DNA of 64,000 nucleotides from Balanoglossus misakiensis (lineage: Eukaryota; Animalia; Hemichordata). The stretch lies in contig CM082590.2 of the NCBI GenBank assembly GCA_040954595.2, forward strand, positions 8,060,001 to 8,124,000, read 5' to 3'. A program made the translations under genes and the position numbers. Below, in pieces: positions 1 to 12,385 of this stretch. The notes below the pieces were generated by a model. It did no database searches, was not told the origin of the DNA, and saw nothing but the letters and a program-made list of their open reading frames with translations. The stretch's first letter is position 1. Every line of letters starts with the position of its first letter.

Positions 1-2929
1 ACAAAGTACCACGGACTAGACACCATGGAAACCAATATAAATATGGGGACATAGCACAGTACATCAAATGTCAGCACCCAGATGTGTCCTATCCGACCCA
101 CCACTTTATGGTTCACATGGTATGCAATGAGTTGTGTGCTACAATGGAGAAGTTTTAACAGCCCGAGGATAAATGGGGTCCCACCTGCAAAAACAACAGG
201 GAATTTTAAAAATACATTCCACACAGAATACAACTGTACTCTATTTTGAATACAGTTTGCTGATCACAATTAACACAGCATTATGGTTTTAAGTGAAAAA
301 AAGCATGTATGTATGATTGTGTGAGTTATAGCTATAGTTTTTGATGCTTCTGCAGAATTCAATAGAAAAGAGTCAAAAACTACATAGAAACCTACTGATG
401 TCCATAAAAATTCTATATATGTCTATAGAAATTCAAATCGTTATAGAATTGTGTAGATGTCTATAGAATTTTTTTGTAAATTATATAAATGTCTTTTGAA
501 ATTCAATTCGGTATAGAATTCTGTAGATGTCTATAGAATTTTTTTGTAAATTCTACAAACGTCTACAGAAATTCAATTCACTATAGAATTCTGTAGATGT
601 CTATAGAATTGTTTTGTAAATTCTACATGTACAAACGTCTACAGAAATTCAATTCACTATAGAATTCTGTAGATGTCTATAGAATGTCTTTGTAAAGGTC
701 CTGATGTGTCCCACAGGAAACAGTTTTTTTACTTACTCAGATCAATGATATACCACAGAATAAATCCTTGAAGAACACCATCGCACATTCCAGCAATTAA
801 GACCACAAACAGCAAAATGCCGTAATGGGTATTGAAGAAATTCTGTAGAGTTATTCTCACATTATATTCGGTATTGGTGTCTCCTGGTTTCTGTAATATA
901 TAATTATAAAACATATGATTGGAATTTGAGTGTACAGATCACCTGCAAATAAAATGTAATACTCAAAAATAGATTGAACATCTTTAAGGGTCCAGATGTT
1001 TTCTCTATCTATGGAATTTCTAAGGAAATCTATAGAATGTTTGTGGACATAGTGTCCTGTAAAACTGTTAAACATTTTAAAAGGTGTAAAATCCACACCA
1101 GTGCGAATGTGAGAGAGATCAGGGGATAACTGTCCTACAACCATTAAGTCCAGTCAGAACAGTAAAACGGGAAAGTTTTTCGTGAACGATACTTCACAAG
1201 AGCCAAAAAGAAATGTGATAAGAACAATATATACAATAGAATGTTATTTGGAGAGATAAAGAAAACGTGAAAATTAATCATCGTAGTACAGTTGCCTCTA
1301 CTGATATCGCAAAAACTTCCTGTCGCGAAAATTTCCTGTTTTACAGTATTTGTGAAGAGTTCAAGCAATACCATTTACAATACCCATTGACCATCCACCT
1401 TGTTTGTTAGTATTCTCAAATACCACTCATATGCATATGAATTTTTACCTTGTACTTGAATGTTACTATGGCAACAACCATAGCAACGAAGAAGAATATG
1501 ATGTACATGGCAAAGGGGAACAAGTAGTTGAGAATGACGATTGGGCGGCCGCATCGCGAGTTTGCTGTTGTTGTGTAAAATATCAACGTACCGGAGAGAA
1601 ATGACCTTTTTGTGAAGAAAGAATAACGACAGCAAATAAAGGAATTACATATGTTTTCTTTTGCATCAATTATCCTGCTCATCTTTGTCTATCTATGCTT
1701 TGCTTTGAGTAAAACTGCTAATTCCCATATCTAACCTATATAAAACCAAACCATACTAGGTTCACACAGGTAAAATTTGAGACGTTTCAGAGACACTATT
1801 TGCCTCTTGTAAACACAGAGCATTAACCATTTAAGTCGCCTGTGTCCACACACACAAACTTGGCTCGGCCCCATAGACAATGGGTTGCGGAGAAGTGTTA
1901 AACCTTACACAGGCTCAAGTCTGGCCGGCAAAGCATTTATTTTACTAACAGTAAAATTCCTCATATGAATTGTTGCCCCTTTTATTAATACTTCAGCATT
2001 CCTTACATGAGAGCACTGAGGCCATGCTTATTGCATACCGCTGTCTTTCAAGATTCTTTTTCAGAGACAAAAAATAATACAGCTGAACATCTGGTCAGAT
2101 ATTTTAGTACATGTACATTCTGTACTTACAAGACACCCTTTGGAATAAGCATCCATACTCTCTGCTCTCCTCTTTGCAGAATATTTTTATTATCAAGAGC
2201 CAATGACGTGGCCGTATCTGCTAGACTTTCCATCGGCGAGGCAATGATATGTCCAAAGAGGATAACCAGTAGAAAAACGATAAAAAGATGATGCGAGCTT
2301 TCTTCTTCGTACAGAAAGTTCGTAGCGGTCGTGTAAGTCCCAATTGGGTAATATCTACTGCTTTGGTCAGAAGGGGTCGGAGTTGACTGGTTTCGCTCGA
2401 TTTGATGGAAATGATTCCAGTAGCTTTCCGTCGGTCGTTGAAATGTGAACAGCCTGGAAAAATCCCAAAGATAAATGCTTTTGTCCGTTGTGTGTCCCTC
2501 GAAGTCCGAAAAACGTTGTGTGAACGCACTACAGGTGATCTGGATCAGTTGCAACGCGGGTAGCAGAAACATCGCCAGGGCGACAGCGACAGCGGCCATG
2601 ATGGTGGCGGACAGCATCAGTTTCTGCCTGCGGAGTCTCTCAGCCAGGGCGCACAGAGCTGGGTTGACGGCCAACTGGGAGATGGACCACACGCCCATCA
2701 GGATCCCAACCTGCTGTGCGTTCAGACTTAGCTGCTTGAAGTACAGGGGTAGATACGGCATCAAGGAGCCAGTGGCGCTGCCGTAACAGACGTAGAACAA
2801 TTTGTACGGAAGCAAACGCACATTCACATTCAAGAAATTCCCCGAGGATTTCTGCTTGTTTGGGTCGTGGTTCAATTCATTGCGATCACTCAATGTGATG
2901 TCGTTTGCATTATTGTTGTCCGTTGCCAT
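1..2929 (-). CDS. MFSD6-like major facilitator superfamily transporter, 3' part outside window; exons 2929-2130, 1605-1449, 890-737, 184-<1
   Basis: Motifs LLPYKLFYVCYG..GSLMPYLPLYFKQLSL..QVGIL, LADTAT..L, FILWYIIDL|SGTPFILGL and IGHIWVL..SSPW are typical of MFSD6. GT-AG junctions keep the frame (GV L|SFLSG, FKYK|KPGD, DL S|GTP). Confidence 0.85.
385..700. repeat. Intronic minisatellite, ~60-70 bp unit
   Basis: About 4-5 copies of aattcaattcactatagaattctgtagatgtctatagaatttttttgtaaattctac. Confidence 0.85.
1158..1348. mobile_element. ~200-bp TA-flanked MITE (TIR (t)actgtaaaacgggaaa..tttc(c)tgttttacagta)
   Basis: Terminal inverted repeats. Related copies at 20096-20306 and 31702-31919, partial at ~47090-47265 and ~50060-50210. 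Confidence 0.7.
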
Positions 2930-3427
2930 TTTTTCGCCCAGCAGAATTTGTCGCTGTTTTTCAGTCTGAAATAATACGTACGTATTATCAAGAGAGTTGT
3001 ATACATGTATCAACTGCCAGAAAGACTAAAACACCAGCAAGACTAGGTTTTTGGTTGAATAACATTCAAAAGCTTTCCTATACTGGAAAGAGTCGGAGAA
3101 GACGCTTTTCCTTAGCTTATCTGTCTATCTGTCTTTGATGAACTTTAAGTGATTGATGGTAATGCAACCTCAAATATATGTTACGTTATCCATTTAAATA
3201 CAAAAACAATGATGAGTATTTTTGCACTTACAATGTGTAAAAAAAACCCCAGACAGCTCTAACAAGTTAGGCAACAAACAGAAACAATAGATTTATGTGT
3301 GGTATAAACATATTCACAAAGGACATACTGTGCATGTATACACAAGTCAAAATATGCGACTGATGGGTTCAATATCCTGTTAACAATACAGACAGTCTCG
3401 ACAAACAAACCAGTGAAACAAAGCCAG

Positions 3428-3600
3428 TTAAAGGGACAAAGACTTTCTCTCTCGCTGCCCTTTTTCCATTAATTATGTTTGATACAAGACACTGTTTATG
3501 TTATTCTACATGTGGATATATAGTGAATCAAGGTTCGACCACACACAACTTCCATCCCGTTTGTATGGTAAACACCGATTATTCATTTTGGCGAGTTTTT
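3428..3600. mobile_element. Truncated copy of the TTAA-AGGGACAAAG MITE family
   Basis: Matches the left arm of the full elements at 32189, 52879 and 54464. Confidence 0.75.
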
Positions 3601-5194
3601 GGACTGATGTAACAATGTCAAAATCCAAGAAAGTCTCATATAATAGCAAAAATAACAGTTATTCATAACTGTATCTTTCTTCCACACGTACAGCATTCAG
3701 TGTGCCCTTACCTTAGACTTGTGGTGATAACAATGACACAAAGAGAAATCGTCAAGAATTCTCACGAGACTGATTTGACTCAGTGAAAATTTTCGACAGT
3801 CTGTTTAAGTATACAGCGAAACTTAATTGTATTATTGAACAGACTCCACAACTTTTGGACAAACAACGCATGCGTTGTTATTATACATTGTGACCATTGT
3901 TTCCGTATTCTTTGGTATGTTTACATGTCTAGACAGATATAAAAAGAGAAAGGGAAGGGAGGGGGATCGAGGGAGGGAAGAGTTAGGGAGGAGGGAGACA
4001 GAATGACAATGTTTTTGGAAGTTTATATTGCTGTTATGCCTTGACCATTAACAGTGTCATAAAATGAAAAGTAAAAAGTTCTTTTTTGTTTGTTTTTTTG
4101 TTGGTTTTTTATATTAAAGTGAAAATATTAAAACTGTTCAGAACAGCCAAGAATCAGCAAAGATTGATGGCGCCCAACTCTACATCAGTTTAACAATGTA
4201 ACACTACGGTCGGCACTGTGTGTACACATCTCTGTAGCAGCCCATTGACCAGTCACAGGCTGATCGAGGTGTGTGAGAATTCTTCTCCGTAAACATAGAG
4301 GGAGCCCTACTAGAACATCCTCAAGGAAATACTACCAACATAAGGTCACACCAAATACCAGAATAGTTCAGTGTGTCTTACTTTTTGGCCACATAGCACA
4401 AACACCAAAATATTTCTGGCGAAGTCTCTTTCCAATAGAATGTACCCGGTCATCTCATATATGCCTGTTAGGGAATTTTAACACCATGGGCTGGGAATGC
4501 AACCAGTTTCAACATAAGATACAATTACAGTGCTCAGTGAAGTTCACAATCAAGTAATAGAATGGATATCAAATGAATGTTGTTTTTAACCATGGCGTGC
4601 ATCAATTAAAATAGTTTCTGATCCAATCACAACGATGTATTTGTGGCAATGTTGCTCAGATTTAATATACTGGTAAACATTTAATTTTAAAAGGGGAGGG
4701 TATACAATTATAGGGTTATTCCCAACATACAGCCATTATAGAATCCATAGTCTCAATTGTCCAATACATAAAGCTCAGAACTCCGTTCCACATTCAATAA
4801 ACTTTTTGAGTAGTAGATTGCTTTTAAATTCATATTTCAGTGAAGCTCTGAAAGAATCCTTCAATCAAATTCTACTAAAGACACATAAAAGTAATGGCTG
4901 TCTCTTTAATTGTTGCTCATTGCAAAATTTCAGAAATGCCATCCCCACGGGTGTAGAGTTACAAAGTTTCAATATTTGTAATTCAAAGGTTATTAAGCAA
5001 AAATTCCTTGGAGTCCAAGCCTCCTTAAGTAATCAAATGACATTCTATTCAGAGATTTAAATCACTGTTATCAAACTTGCAATCCTACATTAATTCAGAA
5101 ATATTAGCTTCCTGTTGCGTTAATTTACTGCTACAGTACTATTAAAAAATACTAGAAATTTGACATCAGCATCTCGACCACGAAAATGATACCG

Positions 5195-5525
5195 ACTATT
5201 CCAAATTTATTTCATTCATAATTCCCACACTGCCATATATACATAACACCATCACAATTCAAAACAGTAATACAATATCATCCAGTTTATATATGACTAA
5301 CACATCTTATATTTAATGGATATTTAATGGGGCAAACTATTATCAACAGTAATGTATCATATATTTGGCCTACTTTTCCAAATTTATTTCATTCACAATT
5401 CCCACACTGGTACATACATAATACCATCCCAATTCAAAACAGTAATTCAACACCACCCAATTTATACGACAAACACATCTCATTTTTAATGGGGTAAACT
5501 ATTATCACCACTAATGTATTATAAA
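5195..5525. repeat. Local ~180-bp tandem duplication upstream of TRIM gene 1
   Basis: ttccaaatttatttcattca..attcccacactg..aattcaaaacagtaat..aaactattatca occurs twice (~5198 and ~5376). Confidence 0.75.
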
Positions 5526-5734
5526 TGTGGGTAACCCAACCCCGACTTTCGCACATCCCTGGAAATAAAGTGGTGAATCCCGCACCAAGTAAAGTCCTCC
5601 GTGATAAGGAAGGTATGCCAGCAATGTACGTTCAGTTCTATATTTAACGGGACGACCAGACAGTGAGAGGTTGAAACTGGTCTCTGTAGACTGACTGTGT
5701 ACTGTGCACTGTGGTAGCTCGTATACTGACAACG

Positions 5735-8245
5735 ATGGCAACTGCAAGGCTAAACGCGGTCCTGAATTGTCGGATCTGTCACCAGCGTTACGCCAAGCCG
5801 AGAATTCTACCCTGCCTGCACGCGTACTGCGAGAGCTGCATCATCAGGTCGGTGGGTCCCGACGGAGAGATCCGCTGCCCGGAATGCCAGTGCGTGTGTC
5901 AGTTATCGGCCGGCGGAATCGACGATCTGAAGCCGTCGTATTTTATCCGGGATGTCTTGGAGTGCGTGGAGAGCCAGGACGGGAGATTCAAGGCTGGGTT
6001 GTGCAACGACTGTAAGTCTAAACCTGTGAGTTACGGTGGCATTGAAATCTGCCAGAGCTGTGTGAATCGGAAAGATGGAGGTCGCGAGGTCGCGACCTTG
6101 GGAGAGGAGATTACCAAGGCGATGATCTGCTCTGCTCATCCAGGATGTGTGATGGAATTCTACTGCGATACTTGTTTAGTGGCCGTCTGCAAGGAATGTC
6201 TACAGTCGGATCACAGTCAGCCAGAACATAAACACCGAGGGCTACAAGAGGTGATGGAAAAAAACCAGAAGACACTGGCGTGGTGTGTGGAACAGCTCTT
6301 GATCCGACAGAACCAGGTCAAAGCCAGCAAGGGCGAGGTGGAGAGGTTATCCAAGCAGGGTTACCAGAATCACCAGACGGAACTGAGCCAGCTGCATCAG
6401 CTGACCCACGAAGCCATCCGCAAGCTGCAGGCCGAGGAGTTGAGACAGCAGGAGGATTTACGGGTGAAGTACGACCGAGCCGAGGAGGGTCGGAGAAGCG
6501 AGATGCTGGTCTTGAAGAGCGACGAGGATGTCATCGACGGCGCCCTGAGCGCGGTGATGAAGTTGCTGAATCACGTCGGCGTGCGGGAGTCGGTCGCCGC
6601 GTACCCGGAGACGATGAAGTGTCTGGAGAGAATGCTGAATGTGCAGTGTGCGTATGATGTCAGTCTGTCATCTACGGTCGAGTTTAGTAAGCCGAAGGCG
6701 GGGGTTACTGCTGACTCGCAGGGCGGTACAGAAATCGATGGATTGATGTCTGCGGTTTCTGTTACAGGGCCAGTCGCCCTGAAACCAGCAGAACCACCTG
6801 CGATGTTTGGTGACACTTCACCACTGGAAGTTTCACCAAACCAACCAAGTGTGACGTCTGATCAGTCCACGCCTGAGACACCAGCAGACCAGCCAATCAA
6901 CATCCCCAGCGCCGAGTCATATGATCAGCATCAACCAATCACCGACCAGCAGACCGCATCACCTGCCACTACCATGGCAACTGATCACCAGCCTCCACCA
7001 ATCAGCAATCAGCAGAGCGTAAGCACGACTCCCCCAAGTGTCACCACAGCAACCGACAACACAACAAACCAAGACACCGTTGCCAAGGAGACTCCAGTCA
7101 TCACCTACACAGAAGACATCCAGCCAGTCAATCCACCCAGCCAAGTGCGAGCGGGCGAACACATCCTCATCGCTCTACAAACACTCACCGACAAAGACGT
7201 CTACGGCATAAAAGCCGAACTCAAAACGCCAAACGGACAGACGAAAAAGCTACCAGTAACATACGCTGCAGACAACACTCAAGGTATAACACATGAAGTG
7301 AATTTCCAGTCCAGTTTTATCGGTCTCAATACGCTGTCGCTAGACATCCAGAACGTCCCTGTGGCAGGATCACCGTACAAGATCAACGTCCTTCCGCCGT
7401 GGATGCTCGTGAAGTCCGTCGGTCGCTACGGTAACGTCACCGACCCCGAAGAATACGCAAACATCTCCTGCATCGCGATCAACAGGCACGGCGAGATCAT
7501 CGCGGCCGACACCCACAGCCGGTCGCTGCTGGTCGTCGACCTCAAAAGCGGCGCCGTGCTGCGGGTGATCAACTGCAGCGAGTTCGCGAAGGCGTTCGAA
7601 CCCTGCGACATGGCGCTCACGGAGAACGGCATCTTCCTGTTCAACTACAACGGGAGTCAGATCGTCGCGTGCGATCATTACGGCAAACTGATCAGCTGCT
7701 TCGGGGAAACCGTCCTGCAGAAGCCGTGCGGCATCGCAGTGGATCAGAACGCCGGTGTCCTGTACGTCATCGACGAAGCCACGCGCTCTGTCCACCTTTT
7801 CTCGACGGAGACCCAGGGGTACCTCGGATCGTTCAGCTGCAGCGGGCCGACGCAATCGGCGACCCCGATGGGCGTCGCGGTCAACAGCCACGGCCACGTG
7901 ATCGTGTCGGTCAAGCAGAGCATCTTCGCCGGGCGGTCGAGCTCGCTCTTGGTCTACACCGCCAAAGGCGAGCTGCTTCACCCGCGAAGCACGGACGCCG
8001 TCGACGAGGAGGACACGGTCTACGGTCGCCTGGCAACCGACAAAGACGACAACATCTACCTGTGCGACTACATGGAGAACAAAATCAAGAAGTACGACCG
8101 GAAGTGTCGATTCGTCTGCAATCTCGACAGCGCCAGGGACGGTTTAGTGGGCGTGGTGGGAATCGCGGTCATCAACGACACCCCCAGCAGAGTTTTAATC
8201 CTTGACCCTGGACATTATCCATCAAGTATTTTGTTATTTGCATAA
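5735..8245 (+). CDS. TRIM-NHL E3 ligase (C3HC4 RING, degenerate B-box1, B-box2, coiled coil, P/T/Q-rich linker, filamin-type Ig, NHL propeller); intronless, ~836 aa
   Basis: CRIC..LPCLHAYCESC..CPEC; CSAH..FYCDTC..CKEC..H..H; VPVAGSPYKINV; NHL repeats (IAINRHGEIIAADT, KPCGIAVD, PMGVAVNSHGHVIV, LATDKDDNIYLCD). Confidence 0.92.
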   Translation: MATARLNAVLNCRICHQRYAKPRILPCLHAYCESCIIRSVGPDGEIRCPECQCVCQLSAGGIDDLKPSYFIRDVLECVESQDGRFKAGLCNDCKSKPVSYGGIEICQSCVNRKDGGREVATLGEEITKAMICSAHPGCVMEFYCDTCLVAVCKECLQSDHSQPEHKHRGLQEVMEKNQKTLAWCVEQLLIRQNQVKASKGEVERLSKQGYQNHQTELSQLHQLTHEAIRKLQAEELRQQEDLRVKYDRAEEGRRSEMLVLKSDEDVIDGALSAVMKLLNHVGVRESVAAYPETMKCLERMLNVQCAYDVSLSSTVEFSKPKAGVTADSQGGTEIDGLMSAVSVTGPVALKPAEPPAMFGDTSPLEVSPNQPSVTSDQSTPETPADQPINIPSAESYDQHQPITDQQTASPATTMATDHQPPPISNQQSVSTTPPSVTTATDNTTNQDTVAKETPVITYTEDIQPVNPPSQVRAGEHILIALQTLTDKDVYGIKAELKTPNGQTKKLPVTYAADNTQGITHEVNFQSSFIGLNTLSLDIQNVPVAGSPYKINVLPPWMLVKSVGRYGNVTDPEEYANISCIAINRHGEIIAADTHSRSLLVVDLKSGAVLRVINCSEFAKAFEPCDMALTENGIFLFNYNGSQIVACDHYGKLISCFGETVLQKPCGIAVDQNAGVLYVIDEATRSVHLFSTETQGYLGSFSCSGPTQSATPMGVAVNSHGHVIVSVKQSIFAGRSSSLLVYTAKGELLHPRSTDAVDEEDTVYGRLATDKDDNIYLCDYMENKIKKYDRKCRFVCNLDSARDGLVGVVGIAVINDTPSRVLILDPGHYPSSILLFA

Positions 8246-9889
8246 AATTATGTGCTTATTGACCTTTTACAAAAAAAAATATTTTAATGAGTTGTTATAG
8301 AACTTTTGTAACTGGGAAAGTTGGAGAAATAAGAGATTTGTGATAATGAAAAATCTCAAAATAATCAATTACAATTAGGTACGTTTTTCATGGATTAAAA
8401 TTTAAAATGTCAATAAAAGTTGGTAGCTTTAAAGTTAATATTGATTTTTGGGTTATTTGAATAAATAAAAAGTATCATGTGCTCAGTATTTGACAGTTGT
8501 CAATGACCAAACTAGGTAATGTTTCTGTTTCAAATAGATCAATAATAATCATGTTTGCTATAGTATTTTGAAATTTCTACAACAGTTTAGTGATCTTTGT
8601 ATTAAATGAAAGAGGTGTATTTTGTAAAACTTTGAACCATTTACCCAGATTTCCCAGTACAATAGTCCCTTTACGTATAGAACATCAATAGAGTTTGATT
8701 ACTTGAAATTACTTCGGTGTGGTGCTGACGAGGTTAAAATGCCTTAAATTGCTGGGGACTGAACTGATACTGATGGTTTCGAATTTCACATCAATGATAA
8801 CCTCGTATATCACTCTTGGTAATGTTTCACTTTATTTCGTTTCGTTTCATATTATGATATTTTACGACTGGTATCTTGTTTCTTCCTTTTCAAAATATTG
8901 TTTTTATTTGTTCATTTTATTTTTCATTTCTTTTATTTGCATCACAACTATGTCCGTTAATTATGCATCAGGCGTATCAGGTAAAATTTGAATCAGTAGA
9001 TTTGGCTTGAAAATTGATGATGCATAGAAATAATTACACACAAACCATTCAAATTCTACACACTTTAGACATATTCCTTTCTGCTGTGTGCTTACTCTTA
9101 TATAATTTAATTATATACTACTCAGATGTTTCATATCTTAGTTGATTTTTAAGTAATCTTATGTGGTACTTTTTCTTTGTATTTCTAAATAAAGAATATG
9201 AGTTTATAAAATAGCATGTCATTGTCTTCATCATACAATCAAATACATACACACACATACACACACAATCCTGCCGTGACCAGTCAAACCTCCGACCTGA
9301 GTTCAAGCCATTATCTTTAAGTGTCAGTTGACCTCGCTTGACCTTTTAACACAGATCACTGACATACTGATGTGTTTATTTTCTGTCCGGGGACACAACC
9401 TCTATCAACGAAAATGGTTTGAACCGTAATGCAAGCTGAAGTACCAGTCTGAGAATTCATTATATTTGGACGGATCTCTAAACAACCCTCTGCAACTAAT
9501 GGTTGTTGTTCACGATGTTCCAACTCACTCAAAATTCCACAAATTCCATGTTATTTCATTAGGTTTCAGAAGTATGCAAGGTCAAAAAGTACTCGAAATT
9601 GGTTGTGCCATACCCAGTCATTCATGATGAGAAAAATTTTACAACAGCATGAATGACCAGAAATTATTCCTACACTTCTGACTGAAATTTCCCGGATTAA
9701 ATTCCATTTTTCCTCTGGGACTTTCAAGGACCTTCCACAAGTTGTTTTAAAAATTCCACCACTGTCGGAGAGGAGGACAAGGCCCCTGGAAGATATATTT
9801 GCATTCCAGACATACAGATCACCAAGCAAACAAGTTTAATCTACATGGATGTTCCCTTGCTGAAATGTATTCACAGGGTCAACGACCTT

Positions 9890-10270
9890 AGCACCCTGTA
9901 CCTAAACATTTTGTAGGGCACACATTACGTGCTGGCATAGTTTACATATAATGATACGTGTAGGATGTTCCCTAGTATGCCCTCAACTGAGCTATCAGCC
10001 AGTGACTCATCATAGATACTACCAGTATCTGTCAAGTTAATATTAAAACAGCTCACCAAGGGAATAACCTTAACATGTGTTTCCTTCCTGAAACACAGTA
10101 TTCACGTACCCTATACTTAAACACTGTACGGCGAATAATGGGCAGTCATACCGTTTGTGTATAATGATATGTGTAGGATATTAATATATGTAGGATGTTT
10201 AAAAGTCTGCCCTCAACGGTGGTGCTATCTTTGATGAGTCAATGGCGAGGACTTATCATCTATCACAGAT
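9890..10270. repeat. Local diverged duplication upstream of TRIM gene 2
   Basis: ccct.tac.taaaca..ataatgata.gtgtaggat..tgccctcaac occurs at ~9895-9990 and ~10109-10220. Confidence 0.6.
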
Positions 10271-10430
10271 GCTATCTGTCCAGTTAATGATAAAACAGAT
10301 CAGGTGGGATATAATGACGTCAACAAGGACATGATTCAGTATCACACTACAGTATACGTATAGAACAGCAAGACCAAAGTCCATGTAACTTGTAAGTGAT
10401 AATTCAGCCATCAGACATCGATCGACAACC

Positions 10431-11747
10431 ATGGCCGCTAAAAACTCTCTCACGCAGATTCAGATCGACGAGGACGTCCTGACCTGTGTTGTATGCCTGG
10501 AGATCTTCACCAACCCCAAAGTGCTGCCCTGTCACCACTCGTTCTGCCAGGAGTGTCTGAGACAGCTGGTCGGGGCGGAGACCAAGCTGGAGTGCCCCAC
10601 CTGTAGATGCGAATCCCAGCTCCCGGACGGCGGAGTAGCAGCACTCAAACCCAGCTTCTTCATCAATAATATATTAGAGTCACTGGCGAAACAGACTGCG
10701 AATACGAGTGGGTTCTGCGATACGTGTTCGAGTGGCCACCCGATTAACAGGTGCGTGGATTGCGATTTACGGATATGCGGCGTGTGTACGAACGCCCACC
10801 GGAAGATCCCCGCTACGAGAGAACACCGCGTTATCCCAGACGACATCAGTCAGAGCTACGTGCACGAGTTATCGGGGAGTGGGTTGTGTAAGACGCACAC
10901 GTCGCAGAAACTCGAATTCTTCTGCGAGCAGTGCCGGGTGGCCGTCTGCTGCGAGTGCGTGCTGACCGGGCACCGACCACCGCAGCATCGACGGGCGAGT
11001 CTGGCAGACGCAGCTCGACACTGCCGAGAGAAACTGCACAAGTACATCGCGCAGATGAAGCGTAAACAGACCGTGATTCACGCCAGTCGCCGCCACGCCG
11101 AGGAAATCGCCGAGTCGGCGGAAAGGCAGTACGAGAGAGAAGTCGGGAAAATCAAAACACAGGTGCAGACCGCGATCGAGAATCTTTTCGCCGAAGAAAA
11201 GAAATTACTGACCGACTTGAAAGAAATGTACGACGGGATCAAAGACATGGGGCACAGACAGGCAAGCGCGTTCCGCTCAATGGAGCAACTTATCACAAGC
11301 ACCCTAACAGCGGTTGAATTATTGGAACTACAGGACAATCCCGTCAACGTTATATCTGCCTTTCAAGAAACTGAGGACTCAATGAATTATCTGAGGACAG
11401 TGGACACCAAACCAGAACTGAATCCTGATTTATTTCCAACATTCACGCCATCAGATGTTCGATTCTCCGGGAAAATCGGATCGCTGGTGTCGCAGCCAGA
11501 GACCGCAAATTCGCGGGTCGGGTCAGCGACCTTCAGGTCAGAGGTCAGTACCGAGGAATCCCCGAGGCAAACAGACCAACAGCGCGACGATCTGACAGAA
11601 CAGTATCGACAACGGAAGAAACAGCAACTTCGGGAACAGCAAGGGCGATCGCCGCAACCCGAACCACTGCCACAGATGATCATGAGACAGATACAACTGT
11701 ATCAATATCAGAGACAAAAACAAAAGAAACAGGAACAAAAGAAGTGA
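10431..11747 (+). CDS. TRIM56/TRIM45-like RBCC protein (RING, B-box1, B-box2, coiled coil, short Q/K-rich tail); intronless, 438 aa
   Basis: CVVCLEIFTNPKVLPCHHSFCQEC..CPTC; CDTC..CVDC..CGVC..H..H; CKTH..CEQC..CCEC..H..H; helical coiled coil; no C-terminal effector domain. Confidence 0.92.
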   Translation: MAAKNSLTQIQIDEDVLTCVVCLEIFTNPKVLPCHHSFCQECLRQLVGAETKLECPTCRCESQLPDGGVAALKPSFFINNILESLAKQTANTSGFCDTCSSGHPINRCVDCDLRICGVCTNAHRKIPATREHRVIPDDISQSYVHELSGSGLCKTHTSQKLEFFCEQCRVAVCCECVLTGHRPPQHRRASLADAARHCREKLHKYIAQMKRKQTVIHASRRHAEEIAESAERQYEREVGKIKTQVQTAIENLFAEEKKLLTDLKEMYDGIKDMGHRQASAFRSMEQLITSTLTAVELLELQDNPVNVISAFQETEDSMNYLRTVDTKPELNPDLFPTFTPSDVRFSGKIGSLVSQPETANSRVGSATFRSEVSTEESPRQTDQQRDDLTEQYRQRKKQQLREQQGRSPQPEPLPQMIMRQIQLYQYQRQKQKKQEQKK

Positions 11748-11999
11748 AATTTAATTGTTACAACTTATACCTGTATTAACTGAACCCTTTATAAACTGGA
11801 ACCTATCTGCTATGAGCTTGACAAACTTTTCCAGGCTCTCCTAACACAGCAGTGATTTCTATATCTTTTAAGACTAACTTAACAGGTCAGAATCTTATTA
11901 AAAAATGTTTTACATATGTGAATTCGTAAAAATTATTATTCGGTAAATGATTTTCTTGTTATCAAGGTCATGCATGTAGTACACAAAATGAAAAGAACA

Positions 12000-12260
12000 T
12001 TCAGTTACCTAAAAATTAGCTGTACTTCAATAATTGTTTTGTCAATAGAATAAAATCATTGATGAAAAAAAATAACACAGTATTTGTTTTTTATTGTTCT
12101 ATGACATTAATGGCCCAATATTTCAAAGCTTATCACAGTGGCCCCAATTTTTCACTACGGATTTGGTAACTCTTGAAGGTGTACATATTGTCACCTTTGT
12201 AAATTCGGCCATAGTTACCATGGAAAGTCAAGATCTAGCCAATCACAGATTTTTATAGGG
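12000..12260. repeat. Segment duplicated at ~15950-16290
   Basis: Shared gctgta.ttcaataa.tgttttgtc.atagaataa..tatttgtttt..atggcccaa..gcttatcacagtg..gttaccatggaaa.tcaagatctagccaatcac. Confidence 0.75.
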
Positions 12261-12292
12261 TGACCAGTATCCTTCTCAGCACATATGACACC

Positions 12293-12385
12293 CCACTGAC
12301 TCAACAAACTCACTGGTGACTCAAGAAAATTATCGACACTACGAGTACATGTATAGGTATAGGGCTGACTCAAATTGACTCAAAT
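12293..12385. repeat. Dispersed repeat rich in TGACTCA (AP-1-like) motifs; second copy at ~46225-46330
   Basis: ccactgactc.acaaactcactggtgactcaagaaaattatc..aggtatagggctgactca..aaattgactcaaa at both sites. Confidence 0.7.

Noticed and set aside
5704-8205. Alternative-frame and antisense ORFs over TRIM gene 1 (e.g. 7370-7981 minus, 7669-8205 plus)
   Set aside because: Shadow ORFs from GC-rich codon usage, with no recognisable motifs.
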